A DNA stretch of 36,824 bases from a virus (IMGVR_UViG_3300020045_006483:1-36824); one strand, 5' to 3'; shown: positions 1-7,051, counted from the stretch's first letter. Numbers and translations: made by a program. Notes: a model not told the origin generated them from the letters alone.

Positions 1-101
1 TCTTCTGGTTTAAAGTCAGGGCGTTTGGCAAGCCACTTTGGAACGGGGATATAGGAATGGTCGTGTTCAGGTTCCTGGGATGGTGGGATGTATTTATTCA
101 T
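1..101 (-). CDS. Partial (runs off window) putative HTH replication initiator / replisome organizer N-terminus
   Basis: ATG at 101 on minus strand: MNKYIPPSQEPEHDHSYIPVPKWLAKRPDFKPE...; the YIPVPKWLxxRxD pattern resembles the start of phage HTH replication proteins. Only 33 codons visible. Confidence 0.4.
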   Translation of the reverse strand, partial: MNKYIPPSQEPEHDHSYIPVPKWLAKRPDFKPE

Positions 102-111
102 CGTAATTCTT

Positions 112-321
112 TCAGTGAAACATTTTGTAATAGGGTTTTTTGGGAAGGGTTTTTGTGCCAGTAACTTTTGCGTCACAGAAAGCGCATTTTTTGTTTAAAT
201 ATGGAACAACCTGGCCTACACCACAGTGGGGACAAGTTTGGGCAAAGAAGCGATCCCCCGGCAAGGGGTGGGCTTGTATAGTCTGTGTTCCTTTTGTGAC
301 AATGGCAACAGTATAACCCAT
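112..321 (-). CDS. Small Zn-ribbon protein
   Basis: Start moved to ATG 321 (GAAAGG SD upstream); two CxxC pairs, CPHC and CAFC. Confidence 0.6.
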   Translation of the reverse strand: MGYTVAIVTKGTQTIQAHPLPGDRFFAQTCPHCGVGQVVPYLNKKCAFCDAKVTGTKTLPKKPYYKMFH

Positions 322-344
322 TGTATGCCTTTCAAAGAAAAAGA

Positions 345-956
345 TTAAAAAAACAAATCTTTCTGTGGGTGTCCATTTTCTACAGAATCTATAAAATAAC
401 TCATTCGTTCTTTTGTCCAAAGTGGAAAGGATGAATCCAAACTATCGCTGCCAACAAAACGAGCGTGTTCGACTCTCTTTGGTGTGCCACACCTGCCGTA
501 ATGGAAACGCTTGCCCCTTCTGTGTGCCATTTCACACCATTTAAGTGCTGTTGATTTGAAGCGTAATGTCCCGCCCAAAAAAATGCCTGAATATTTCCCA
601 AGTATCGGCTCAACATGTAATATTTCCATACCATCCTGAACGGCCAAATACCAGGGCCAAGTGTTTGGGAGTTTTTCAAACCATTGTTCTGAAAACTCAA
701 GAGAAACAATGCCACCGGCAACCATATCGGGAACAATAGCCATATAAGGAACGCCAATTTTCTCGGCCTTATCAAGGCGTCTTCGGTAGCCATCTTCGTC
801 GAATTGCCTACCGTTGCGCCAATACGAGAACGCTCCATTATCGAACCCCCACGATTCCCCATTGTATGGCTGTGGGGTTTTGAAGACAAACATTCTTCCC
901 CATCCAACGGGCTTGATCTTTGCCTCTGTTTTTTCACCTGTGCTTTCTCCGATCAA
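345..956 (-). CDS. dpdA: DpdA / tRNA-guanine transglycosylase-like protein (putative 7-deazaguanine DNA insertion enzyme)
   Basis: TGT-barrel motifs in order: FDNGAFS, IVPDMV, LAVQDG, GIFLGG, FHYGR, DSLDSS. Start may be ATT at 965. Confidence 0.7.
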   Translation of the reverse strand: MIGESTGEKTEAKIKPVGWGRMFVFKTPQPYNGESWGFDNGAFSYWRNGRQFDEDGYRRRLDKAEKIGVPYMAIVPDMVAGGIVSLEFSEQWFEKLPNTWPWYLAVQDGMEILHVEPILGKYSGIFLGGTLRFKSTALKWCEMAHRRGKRFHYGRCGTPKRVEHARFVGSDSLDSSFPLWTKERMSYFIDSVENGHPQKDLFF

Positions 957-980
957 TATTTTAATGATATATTCCTTCCA

Positions 981-1039
981 AAAGAAAAAAGAGGCAACGG
1001 TGCGAGGTTCCCCTATTATGGAAAACTTCCGTTGCCTCT
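981..1039 (-). terminator. Intrinsic terminator / attenuator upstream of dpdA-like gene
   Basis: 11-bp stem AGAGGCAACGG (990-1000) / CCGTTGCCTCT (1029-1039), followed on the minus strand by TTTTTCTTT. Confidence 0.7.
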
Positions 1040-1099
1040 ATGGTCAACGCTTGGGCGTTGAAGATTTGTCAATAGTGGTTAGGTTCCCCTCGCGTTTTA

Positions 1100-1129
1100 A
1101 ATATAGTTAAAGTGGGAAAACAATGTCAA
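1100..1129 (-). promoter_or_regulatory. Sigma-70-type promoter
   Basis: Minus strand TTGACA-18 nt-TATATT. Confidence 0.65.
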
Positions 1130-1163
1130 GAGTTATTGCGTGTTTTGACGGATGCGGCCCCCG

Positions 1164-1202
1164 TTACTTCATTGGTGGATATTTATCTCCTAAATCCCCC
1201 AT
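1164..1202 (-). CDS. 12-aa mini-ORF MGDLGDKYPPMK
   Basis: Strong SD AAAGGTGGTGA directly after the stop of the upstream gene; below the ORF-track cutoff. Confidence 0.35.
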   Translation of the reverse strand: MGDLGDKYPPMK

Positions 1203-1218
1203 TTCACATCACCACCTT

Positions 1219-1566
1219 TCAACATCCAATCTCGTCAATATACGAATCTAAATCATTGTGCAAATATTTAAAAGTAGCCGCGTGGCACATGCACTCATCA
1301 TCTTCATTTGTAAACTGTTTTTCCAAATCATCAAGAGCATTGTTCGCACACCAACTGCTCTCGTTGAGATGAAATTCAATATCTTTTTTATTCCAAAAGG
1401 CGGGAACAACCATAAAATATTCCACCGTCATACGGACTTTTACTTTCTTCCTGACAAGCACACAATCTGTTTTGTGGTTCCCACCTATCGGCTCAACACA
1501 GTAAAAACATTGGCGTTTATCACTTGCTGGCCTCATACTTTTTTCTGTGACAAGAAAAGATGCCAT
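1219..1566 (-). CDS. Hypothetical Cys-rich phage protein
   Basis: Start moved to ATG 1566 (SD AAAGGTGGTG); CFYC..H..C and CMC motifs. Confidence 0.7.
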   Translation of the reverse strand: MASFLVTEKSMRPASDKRQCFYCVEPIGGNHKTDCVLVRKKVKVRMTVEYFMVVPAFWNKKDIEFHLNESSWCANNALDDLEKQFTNEDDECMCHAATFKYLHNDLDSYIDEIGC

Positions 1567-1580
1567 GTCTGCACCACCTT

Positions 1581-1802
1581 TCAACAATACGGGTCGGTCT
1601 GGAATTTCCTGATTAGTTCTTGCAGGTCGAACACCTGTTTTTGTAATTGGTAGATGGCGTTCCTGTTTTGCAGGCAAGACGGGCAAAGATAGGGTGATCC
1701 CCGCTTTGCTGCACAGGTGGGACATTCCTTAAATTCAATGGGGACATTTAGGGGCGTTCTATCGGGTTCATGCACGGAATATGACATTTTAATTGTTGGC
1801 AT
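1581..1802 (-). CDS. Small Zn-finger / coiled-coil protein
   Basis: Start ATG 1802; CPTC...CPSC followed by an amphipathic helix. Confidence 0.65.
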   Translation of the reverse strand: MPTIKMSYSVHEPDRTPLNVPIEFKECPTCAAKRGSPYLCPSCLQNRNAIYQLQKQVFDLQELIRKFQTDPYC

Positions 1803-2040
1803 TGTCTTTTCTCTTGAAAACCACCATATTCCCAAAATCACTATTGTAGAAAATTTCAACTACTCTGCATAATGTGAAAACCACAATAGTCAACGGCCAA
1901 AAAAAACTAATAACAAAGCTACAACAAACATCACAGACAACTATATCAAGATTTTGGAAAAAATTCCTAAAAGTCCAAACATTCATTCCCGTTCCAAGAA
2001 TTACCCACAAAGCAATCATTACCCATACCCACCATTCCAT
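1789..2040 (-). CDS. Small membrane protein
   Basis: Two hydrophobic stretches and an FWP motif; AACCGAGAGAG SD-like upstream. Confidence 0.65.
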   Translation of the reverse strand: MEWWVWVMIALWVILGTGMNVWTFRNFFQNLDIVVCDVCCSFVISFFWPLTIVVFTLCRVVEIFYNSDFGNMVVFKRKDNANN

Positions 2041-2054
2041 TGTCTCTCTCTCGG

Positions 2055-2525
2055 TTACAGTTGCGGCTCAGGGTATAACACAAAGCCCTTAAATTTCTCA
2101 TTTTGAAAAGGAAAAGGCACTCGAACAACCGGAATACCATTAAAGAAATGGCCTTTTATGCTGCCATGATCTATTTGTAAGCTGATTTGAGCGTAACTGG
2201 TATATGTCCATTCGTCCATCGTTATCACAAAGGGGGGATGTTCCATTACTTTTTGGTATTTGTTAAAAGCCTTTCTCAAGTCTGACATTAAAGATATTTC
2301 GACAATGCCCAATTTTTGCATTGTTTGTCGTAAAATTATGGCATCCAATTCCTCTTTTTCTTCAGGCTTAGAAACAAATTTTGGAAATATCTTCTCCAAA
2401 TATTCTTTCGTCACGCCAAGTTCAACAAGGGCTTCTTCAAGTGATACCAATTCTTGCACAAACTCTTGTCCCGATATTGTTTGTATTGGAATACTTTTTA
2501 CAACCAAATACTTCCCGGTTTCCAT
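2055..2525 (-). CDS. Hypothetical protein, first gene of the leftward operon
   Basis: Strong SD TAAAGGAGAG; 156 aa; tight packing with downstream genes. Confidence 0.75.
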   Translation of the reverse strand: METGKYLVVKSIPIQTISGQEFVQELVSLEEALVELGVTKEYLEKIFPKFVSKPEEKEELDAIILRQTMQKLGIVEISLMSDLRKAFNKYQKVMEHPPFVITMDEWTYTSYAQISLQIDHGSIKGHFFNGIPVVRVPFPFQNEKFKGFVLYPEPQL

Positions 2526-2572
2526 TGTTTCTCTCCTTTATTTTTCCGGTATAGGTGGCTGTCTTGGAAAAT

Positions 2573-2636
2573 AACCAGATATGGAATCGAACCAATCACA
2601 CTGACAGCAAGACTCTAACCGTTGAGTTATCCAATG
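2573..2636 (-). ncRNA. tRNA-like element with truncated anticodon arm
   Basis: Minus strand: CATTGGA-TA-ACTC AACGGTTA GAGT-C-TTGCTGTCAG-TGTG-ATTGG TTCGATT CCATA-TCTGGTT. Perfect 4-bp D stem with GG loop, TTCGA T loop, GU-rich acceptor; only ~10 nt where the 17-nt anticodon arm belongs. Confidence 0.6.
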
Positions 2637-2667
2637 CTATCTCCTTCATCACCTATTCCATGCTCTC

Positions 2668-2696
2668 AATATAGTAAATAAGCAATCGGCATACAA
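2668..2696 (-). promoter_or_regulatory. Leftward promoter
   Basis: Minus strand TTGTAT-17 nt-TATATT; predicted start ~2661, just upstream of the tRNA-like element. Confidence 0.55.
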
Positions 2697-2758
2697 CAGA
2701 AAAAAAGGAATAGATACAAGGCCATTGGTGAAAAGTTGGAATACATAGAAAAACAGTG

Positions 2759-2787
2759 TTGACATTGCCATTTTTGCAGAGTATTTT
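2759..2787 (+). promoter_or_regulatory. Rightward promoter
   Basis: TTGACA-17 nt-TATTTT. Confidence 0.55.
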
Positions 2788-2793
2788 CCCTTT

Positions 2794-3006
2794 GACTTTA
2801 ATGAACTCACGACAGGAGGTGGGCCTATGTTCTGATACCACAAGATATTTCCGTTTTCGTCAATCAACACTAACCTGTTGGGGGATTTGACGGGCGGAAG
2901 AATTAGGGATTAGTGCAAATCAAGATTCCATTATTTACAGGTGCAGTTCAAGTACAGCTATCGGGTTCGTGTCCTCTGGGGGAGATCGCACGAACCCGAT
3001 ATTTTT
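2794..3006 (+). ncRNA. Candidate ~210-nt sRNA carrying a Met-Phe-stop minigene
   Basis: Bounded by the 2759 promoter and the 2959-3006 terminator; AGGAGGT-6 nt-ATG TTC TGA at 2827-2835; internal hairpin TTCCG..CGTCAA / TTGACG..CGGAA. Confidence 0.5.
2959..3006 (+). terminator. Intrinsic terminator
   Basis: 13-bp stem TATCGGGTTCGTG (2959-2971) / CACGAACCCGATA (2989-3001) plus TTTTT; extendable by GTACA/TGTAC and GTGCA/TGCAC. Confidence 0.65.
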
Positions 3007-3024
3007 GTACCTTGCACAAAAGTG

Positions 3025-3053
3025 TTGTCTTTTGATAATACCGATTGTATATT
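3025..3053 (+). promoter_or_regulatory. Rightward promoter
   Basis: TTGTCT-17 nt-TATATT; predicted start ~3059-3060, at the 5' end of the tRNA-like element. Confidence 0.55.
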
Positions 3054-3058
3054 TAATT

Positions 3059-3170
3059 AAACTTGTGTCAGAGTGGTCTAATGATGAGGCGCAGCAAGAG
3101 GTTTGCCGGTAATCTGCGACAGATGCGACAGCCCGACAATCCCCGCGAGTTCGAATCTCGCCAGGTGGCA
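3059..3170 (+). ncRNA. tRNA-like element with expanded anticodon/variable region
   Basis: ACTTG-TG-TCA GAGTGGTCTAA TGA (type II tRNA-like D arm), then ~60 nt, then GCGAG TTCGAAT CTCGC (perfect T arm, 3145-3161) and CAGGT pairing with 5' ACTTG. No canonical 7-nt anticodon loop and no CCA. Confidence 0.65.
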
Positions 3171-3308
3171 AAAATACATTAGCGTCCGATGGGAAGTCGC
3201 CAAATAGTTTGGGCAGCCAATGCGCGAGTAAAACCAAGTAGCGGCTGTTAAACGACTTGTAGCCAAGTCACCCAAACAGAAAATCCAGTATTTAACAGGA
3301 ATAACGGC

Positions 3309-3566
3309 ATGAGCAATGATGGCTTGCTTGCCGAAATTCGCCAAATCCAAAAAGAGTTGCAAGAGATCAAGCAGCTTGTTGGCGCAAAGCCTAATCCGCT
3401 ACCTGAACAGGTTGTTGATCAATTCTTTAAGAATTGGAATGATAGTATAAATTTTTCTTCCAATCTTTTTCAGAAAAAGATTTTAAATCCAGCCAAGTCT
3501 CAATTGATTGAATTATTAATGGAAAAGAAGCAAAAAAATGATGCCAATGACTCCAATTTTGTATGA
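3309..3566 (+). CDS. Hypothetical protein (N-terminal coiled coil)
   Basis: SD ACAGGA; first gene of the rightward operon. Confidence 0.7.
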   Translation: MSNDGLLAEIRQIQKELQEIKQLVGAKPNPLPEQVVDQFFKNWNDSINFSSNLFQKKILNPAKSQLIELLMEKKQKNDANDSNFV

Positions 3567-3744
3567 AATTTGTTTCATTTGCAGAAAAGAAATGCGACAA
3601 AATCAATATTCCATAATCGAGTCACGCCGCAGAGAAGATTGCCCAAAAGATGTGGATATGCGCGACTGGATTGCAGAAGGAAGGATGCTTGTGTGTGATC
3701 CATGCATGGCTTTATCTCTTATGAAGGCGAACAATGTCACCTAA
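3538..3744 (+). CDS. Small Zn-binding protein
   Basis: CFIC ... CDPC. Confidence 0.6.
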   Translation: MMPMTPILYEICFICRKEMRQNQYSIIESRRREDCPKDVDMRDWIAEGRMLVCDPCMALSLMKANNVT

Positions 3745-3755
3745 GCAAACGCCAA

Positions 3756-4031
3756 ATGAATAATTATCTATGCCCGAAATGCGGAAAAGATGGTTTGCCG
3801 TCTGCAATAGTTCCCGGAATGTGTACCGCATGTGCCAACAGGGAACGGGGCGTATCGCACAATGACGGAGAAATTGTGTCTGTTTGCCTTTTTAAAGATA
3901 CTGTTAAAGACACTTCTGTTTCTGTGGACTTTGCATGTTATTATATTTTTGGCCCTGGATCAATAACGACAACAACGAGGAAAAGCATAAAACCGGAGAA
4001 TGATGATGACAATATTCCCAATCATGCTTGA
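3756..4031 (+). CDS. Small Zn-ribbon protein
   Basis: CPKC ... CTAC; start moved to ATG 3756. Confidence 0.55.
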   Translation: MNNYLCPKCGKDGLPSAIVPGMCTACANRERGVSHNDGEIVSVCLFKDTVKDTSVSVDFACYYIFGPGSITTTTRKSIKPENDDDNIPNHA

Positions 4032-4218
4032 TTGTGGTTACAAAATCGTAATGGCGCGTGTTATTACAAATTATGGAACGATGATGCATATTGAAGCACC
4101 GGATGGATATGTGTTTGGGCTATTTACTGGTGTGCAATCGGCTATTGATTTTATACAAAATTGCAACGAAGATGCCATTTGGGAAATACGAAGAAGTAAA
4201 ACCGGGAGAAGAAAATGA
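4000..4218 (+). CDS. Hypothetical protein
   Basis: Preceded by AACCGGAGA; ATGA overlap with the next gene. Confidence 0.6.
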   Translation: MMMTIFPIMLDCGYKIVMARVITNYGTMMHIEAPDGYVFGLFTGVQSAIDFIQNCNEDAIWEIRRSKTGRRK

Positions 4219-4736
4219 AATGCCACTTTAATGAATACCTCAACGTAAAATCTTTGATTGAAAAATATAACCCTTCATGGATTTTGGAACTGGGCGCAGG
4301 ATCGGGAGACAATACGCGCAACTTGCTTGATACAGGAAAGCCGGTTGTTGTTGTCAGTGATGGGCAATTTAGAGAAGACTGGAATCTTTCGGGTGATCTG
4401 AAATGGATATGTGGCATCTCTTATGTTGAAATTCCCAAAATGCAAAATGTGGAATTTTGCGTTCTCGACACCGACCATAACGGGTGGACATTGCGCAGGG
4501 AAATGGAAGAACTGGAAAAAGTTATGGCCCCCGGTGGTATTTTGTGCATCCATGACACCGAAACTTTTGGGCATACAAATGGAGTGATGCAAGAATACGT
4601 GTGCCGTGTGCCCTATCCCAAAGAGATTTCACAAAGCACATTGCTTTATGGTGAGGCATGGAAACGCGACGGATGGACGTTGATAGGGGAATCCAAAGAA
4701 TCCAATGGGGCTGTTGCACTGCAATGGAAAATATAA
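4215..4736 (+). CDS. Class I SAM-dependent methyltransferase (Methyltransf_24-like)
   Basis: ILELGAGSG motif I, VLDTDH and MAPGGILCIHDT. Confidence 0.85.
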   Translation: MKCHFNEYLNVKSLIEKYNPSWILELGAGSGDNTRNLLDTGKPVVVVSDGQFREDWNLSGDLKWICGISYVEIPKMQNVEFCVLDTDHNGWTLRREMEELEKVMAPGGILCIHDTETFGHTNGVMQEYVCRVPYPKEISQSTLLYGEAWKRDGWTLIGESKESNGAVALQWKI

Positions 4737-5045
4737 ATGGCACGCAAAATTACTTGTGACCGATGCGGCGAAGAATACCCTCACTTATTTCCGTGTCCAA
4801 AGTGTAACGGCACAGGCAACCATGTTGATGGTGATACCGTATATGAGGGCCAGTGTGTCAAATGCAGAGGCAAAGGCATGGTGATAGACCCAAATGAAGG
4901 CAAAGGTATGAAGGTTGTCATAGAGACAGATGATTCACGTTCTTTGGTGCTCAACGTCACCGTGTCGGAGTTCTACCCAGACCATCCTGATTTCTGTGGG
5001 AAATGTTTGTATGAAACAATTAAAGAGGCCTTTGCAAAGCTATGA
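4737..5045 (+). CDS. DnaJ-type Zn-finger protein
   Basis: CPKCNGTG and CVKCRGKG (CxxCxGxG), plus CDRC and CGKC. Confidence 0.7.
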   Translation: MARKITCDRCGEEYPHLFPCPKCNGTGNHVDGDTVYEGQCVKCRGKGMVIDPNEGKGMKVVIETDDSRSLVLNVTVSEFYPDHPDFCGKCLYETIKEAFAKL

Positions 5046-5221
5046 TATTGACGGAAAAGCAGATTGGCGAAATGAAGCAGGCGGCCATTCCGCTGATGGT
5101 TTGGCTTGAGAAGAACTGTCATCCTCATGTGAAGGCGATTGTGCATAACACCCAAATTGAGGTTCTTGAAGGGCTTGCCACCGCCAGTAGACTTGAGCGT
5201 CAGTATAAGGAAATGCCATAG
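5042..5221 (+). CDS. 59-aa phage hypothetical protein (missed by ORF track)
   Basis: MILTEKQIGEMKQAAIPLMVWLEKNCHPHVKAIVHNTQIEVLEG...; ATGA overlap upstream, abuts the next ATG. Confidence 0.75.
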   Translation: MILTEKQIGEMKQAAIPLMVWLEKNCHPHVKAIVHNTQIEVLEGLATASRLERQYKEMP

Positions 5222-5479
5222 ATGAACAAAAATACAACAGCTGAAATTCCGTATTCCGATAGTCTTGTATGCACGGAATGCGGATACATAAACCAAACAG
5301 GGAGAATGGATTTAGATTGTCCTATGTGTGCGATGAACGCAGCTCTTTTGGAAACCTTGTCTTGGGCAGAGGGACATACGTTTTATGGAAAACCTTCGTA
5401 TGTAAAACCAGCAAAGAAAGCTGTTTGTTTGTTTGAAAAAGTAAAGAAGAAAATTGTTAACCAAATGGTGATGCCATGA
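5222..5479 (+). CDS. Zn-ribbon protein
   Basis: CTECG ... CPMC. Confidence 0.65.
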   Translation: MNKNTTAEIPYSDSLVCTECGYINQTGRMDLDCPMCAMNAALLETLSWAEGHTFYGKPSYVKPAKKAVCLFEKVKKKIVNQMVMP

Positions 5480-5790
5480 TACCCGTTGACCAAATCAAGA
5501 TTTCATGCTATCTGTGCAAACATAGAATGGGGGGAGGATTGGCACTGTGTAGGTGTAAGCACCCATCAGTTGTAAAAAAAACAATCTCCATTGAAAATGA
5601 AACAGGTAGATATATTTTTGAAGATGATGAAAATGTTGATTCTGAAGATAAATGTTTTATGAGAATAACGGGATCACGCAATGAACATCCTTTGTGCCGA
5701 AATATAAATAAAAATAGAGACTGTAAACTTTTTCAACCAATATCTTCTATCCGTCTTTTCTTTAGACGAATAAGGGATGAACTATGCTAA
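5476..5790 (+). CDS. Cys-rich hypothetical protein
   Basis: CYLCKH...C...CRNINKNRDCKLF pattern; ATGA overlap. Confidence 0.65.
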   Translation: MIPVDQIKISCYLCKHRMGGGLALCRCKHPSVVKKTISIENETGRYIFEDDENVDSEDKCFMRITGSRNEHPLCRNINKNRDCKLFQPISSIRLFFRRIRDELC

Positions 5791-5972
5791 AGCCCCTTGA
5801 ACTTCTCATTGAACTTGACGATCCCAACGCAGAGAACTTGCGACGTATTGCCTATGCGGTTAATGCAATCATCGAACATGTCAACGTGTTGTCCGGCATC
5901 CAAGATCGCAAATACGCCACAAACCACCATGCGCGAGTGCTGAATCAAGAATTTGATCCGAATAAGGAATAA
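5784..5972 (+). CDS. Hypothetical protein
   Basis: SD AAGGGA; packed between neighbours. Confidence 0.6.
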   Translation: MLKPLELLIELDDPNAENLRRIAYAVNAIIEHVNVLSGIQDRKYATNHHARVLNQEFDPNKE

Positions 5973-5980
5973 CCGGGAGA

Positions 5981-6268
5981 ATGATGATGATAAGTGTTAA
6001 TAAAACATCTGCCGTAGATATTAAAAAAGGAGATGCTCTTTGTTGCGATGATAAAGGCAATCTTATCCTTTTCCGTGAACATCCTGAAAAACAATTCAAA
6101 GGTGTTGCTACGAAAGATGGGAAAAAAGGTGAACTTTGTGAAGTTAAGATTTTTGGAGCTTGTGAGATAAACAAAGATGATTATTTATTGATTGTTAAAT
6201 CTGACAGTGTGATGACAAATGGTCTTTTGAGAATATTAAACCGGGAGAGTGATGATGACAAGACTTGA
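5981..6268 (+). CDS. DUF2190 / capsid-cement-like small beta protein
   Basis: DIKKGDAL...FKGVATKDGKKGELCEVKIFG pattern; ACCGGGAGA upstream (start may be 5987). Confidence 0.5.
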   Translation: MMMISVNKTSAVDIKKGDALCCDDKGNLILFREHPEKQFKGVATKDGKKGELCEVKIFGACEINKDDYLLIVKSDSVMTNGLLRILNRESDDDKT

Positions 6269-6353
6269 AATTGCCGTTGAAGCCATAATGAAATGTGATA
6301 CGTGCGATAAAAAGGAAATTGTAGATAAAATACAACGGATGATACAGAAGTGA
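6252..6353 (+). CDS. 33-aa small ORF
   Basis: MMTRLEIAVEAIMKCDTCDKKEIVDKIQRMIQK; preceded by ACCGGGAGA; fills the gap between two genes. Confidence 0.6.
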   Translation: MMTRLEIAVEAIMKCDTCDKKEIVDKIQRMIQK

Positions 6354-6364
6354 AATAGGAAAAC

Positions 6365-6550
6365 GTGATGGCCGAGTGGGTAAAAAACTATGTTGCCGTG
6401 ATGCGAGACAGGCGAGAAAAGCAGAAAGAACGGGACAAAAAATACCGCATGGATGCTGACGGCCAAGTCAAGCGTGCCCTAAAGGAAACGGGATTTGTTC
6501 TTGATGTGCCCATTGAAGATGCCGAATTTGAAGAAGTGAGCCAAAAATGA
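6365..6550 (+). CDS. Hypothetical protein
   Basis: SD TAGGA; charged; ends in the DAEFEEV pattern. Confidence 0.65.
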   Translation: MMAEWVKNYVAVMRDRREKQKERDKKYRMDADGQVKRALKETGFVLDVPIEDAEFEEVSQK

Positions 6551-6774
6551 AAATAGAAATTGTTATTTATCCTTCCTGTGGGGCGCAAATTGACAAAGCC
6601 TTTTCTGAGATGGTTATTATGGCACTTAGAGAGGGAAGAAAAGCTACAATGATTTTCAATGATAAACGTTATGTTTTTGACCCTGAGACTTTTCTTTCTT
6701 CACAAAATATTGATCTTCATATTGTTTCGGACGAAGATAACGTTTTTCAAACTTTTCAATGGGTAAAAGTATAA
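6547..6774 (+). CDS. Hypothetical protein
   Basis: ATGA overlap with the upstream gene. Confidence 0.65.
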   Translation: MKIEIVIYPSCGAQIDKAFSEMVIMALREGRKATMIFNDKRYVFDPETFLSSQNIDLHIVSDEDNVFQTFQWVKV

Positions 6775-6786
6775 AGGAATCCCACC

Positions 6787-6990
6787 TTGCCTCGACATAA
6801 AACTACCCGCGAGATGGTTGTTGAAGGACAGAAACGTGTAAAAACTCTTGACAATTCAAAAGATATAGGCGAAATTCCCCATAGTAAACCATTGGAAATA
6901 CACCAAATTGCGGGCCAGTTGAAGCAAATAAGGAACACGCTACAGTCCACATTGGGGCGTGTTGAATCCTTGCTTAACCAGATAAGTTGA
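6787..6990 (+). CDS. Hypothetical coiled-coil protein
   Basis: SD AAAGGA, TTG start; directly upstream of terminase but no recognisable TerS motif. Confidence 0.6.
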   Translation: MPRHKTTREMVVEGQKRVKTLDNSKDIGEIPHSKPLEIHQIAGQLKQIRNTLQSTLGRVESLLNQIS

Positions 6991-7051
6991 ATTTAAACAA
7001 CATATTAGGCCGCACATTCGCATAGTCCGGCTTCGGGCGCACTCGGAAATG

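Noticed and set aside
2649-2870. ORFs 2649-2870 and 2653-2841 (minus strand)
   Set aside because: No SD; they overlap two divergent promoters and a hairpin, so the region is better explained as regulatory.
3059-3170. Functional tRNA or tmRNA
   Set aside because: No 7-nt anticodon loop, incomplete acceptor stem, no CCA and no tag reading frame.
3200-3280. Group I intron, or twister/pistol/hammerhead ribozyme
   Set aside because: Too short for an intron core, and I could not place the conserved catalytic motifs.
2935-3362. Minus-strand ORFs 2935-3237 and 3078-3362
   Set aside because: Antisense to structured RNA elements; no SD and no recognisable motifs.
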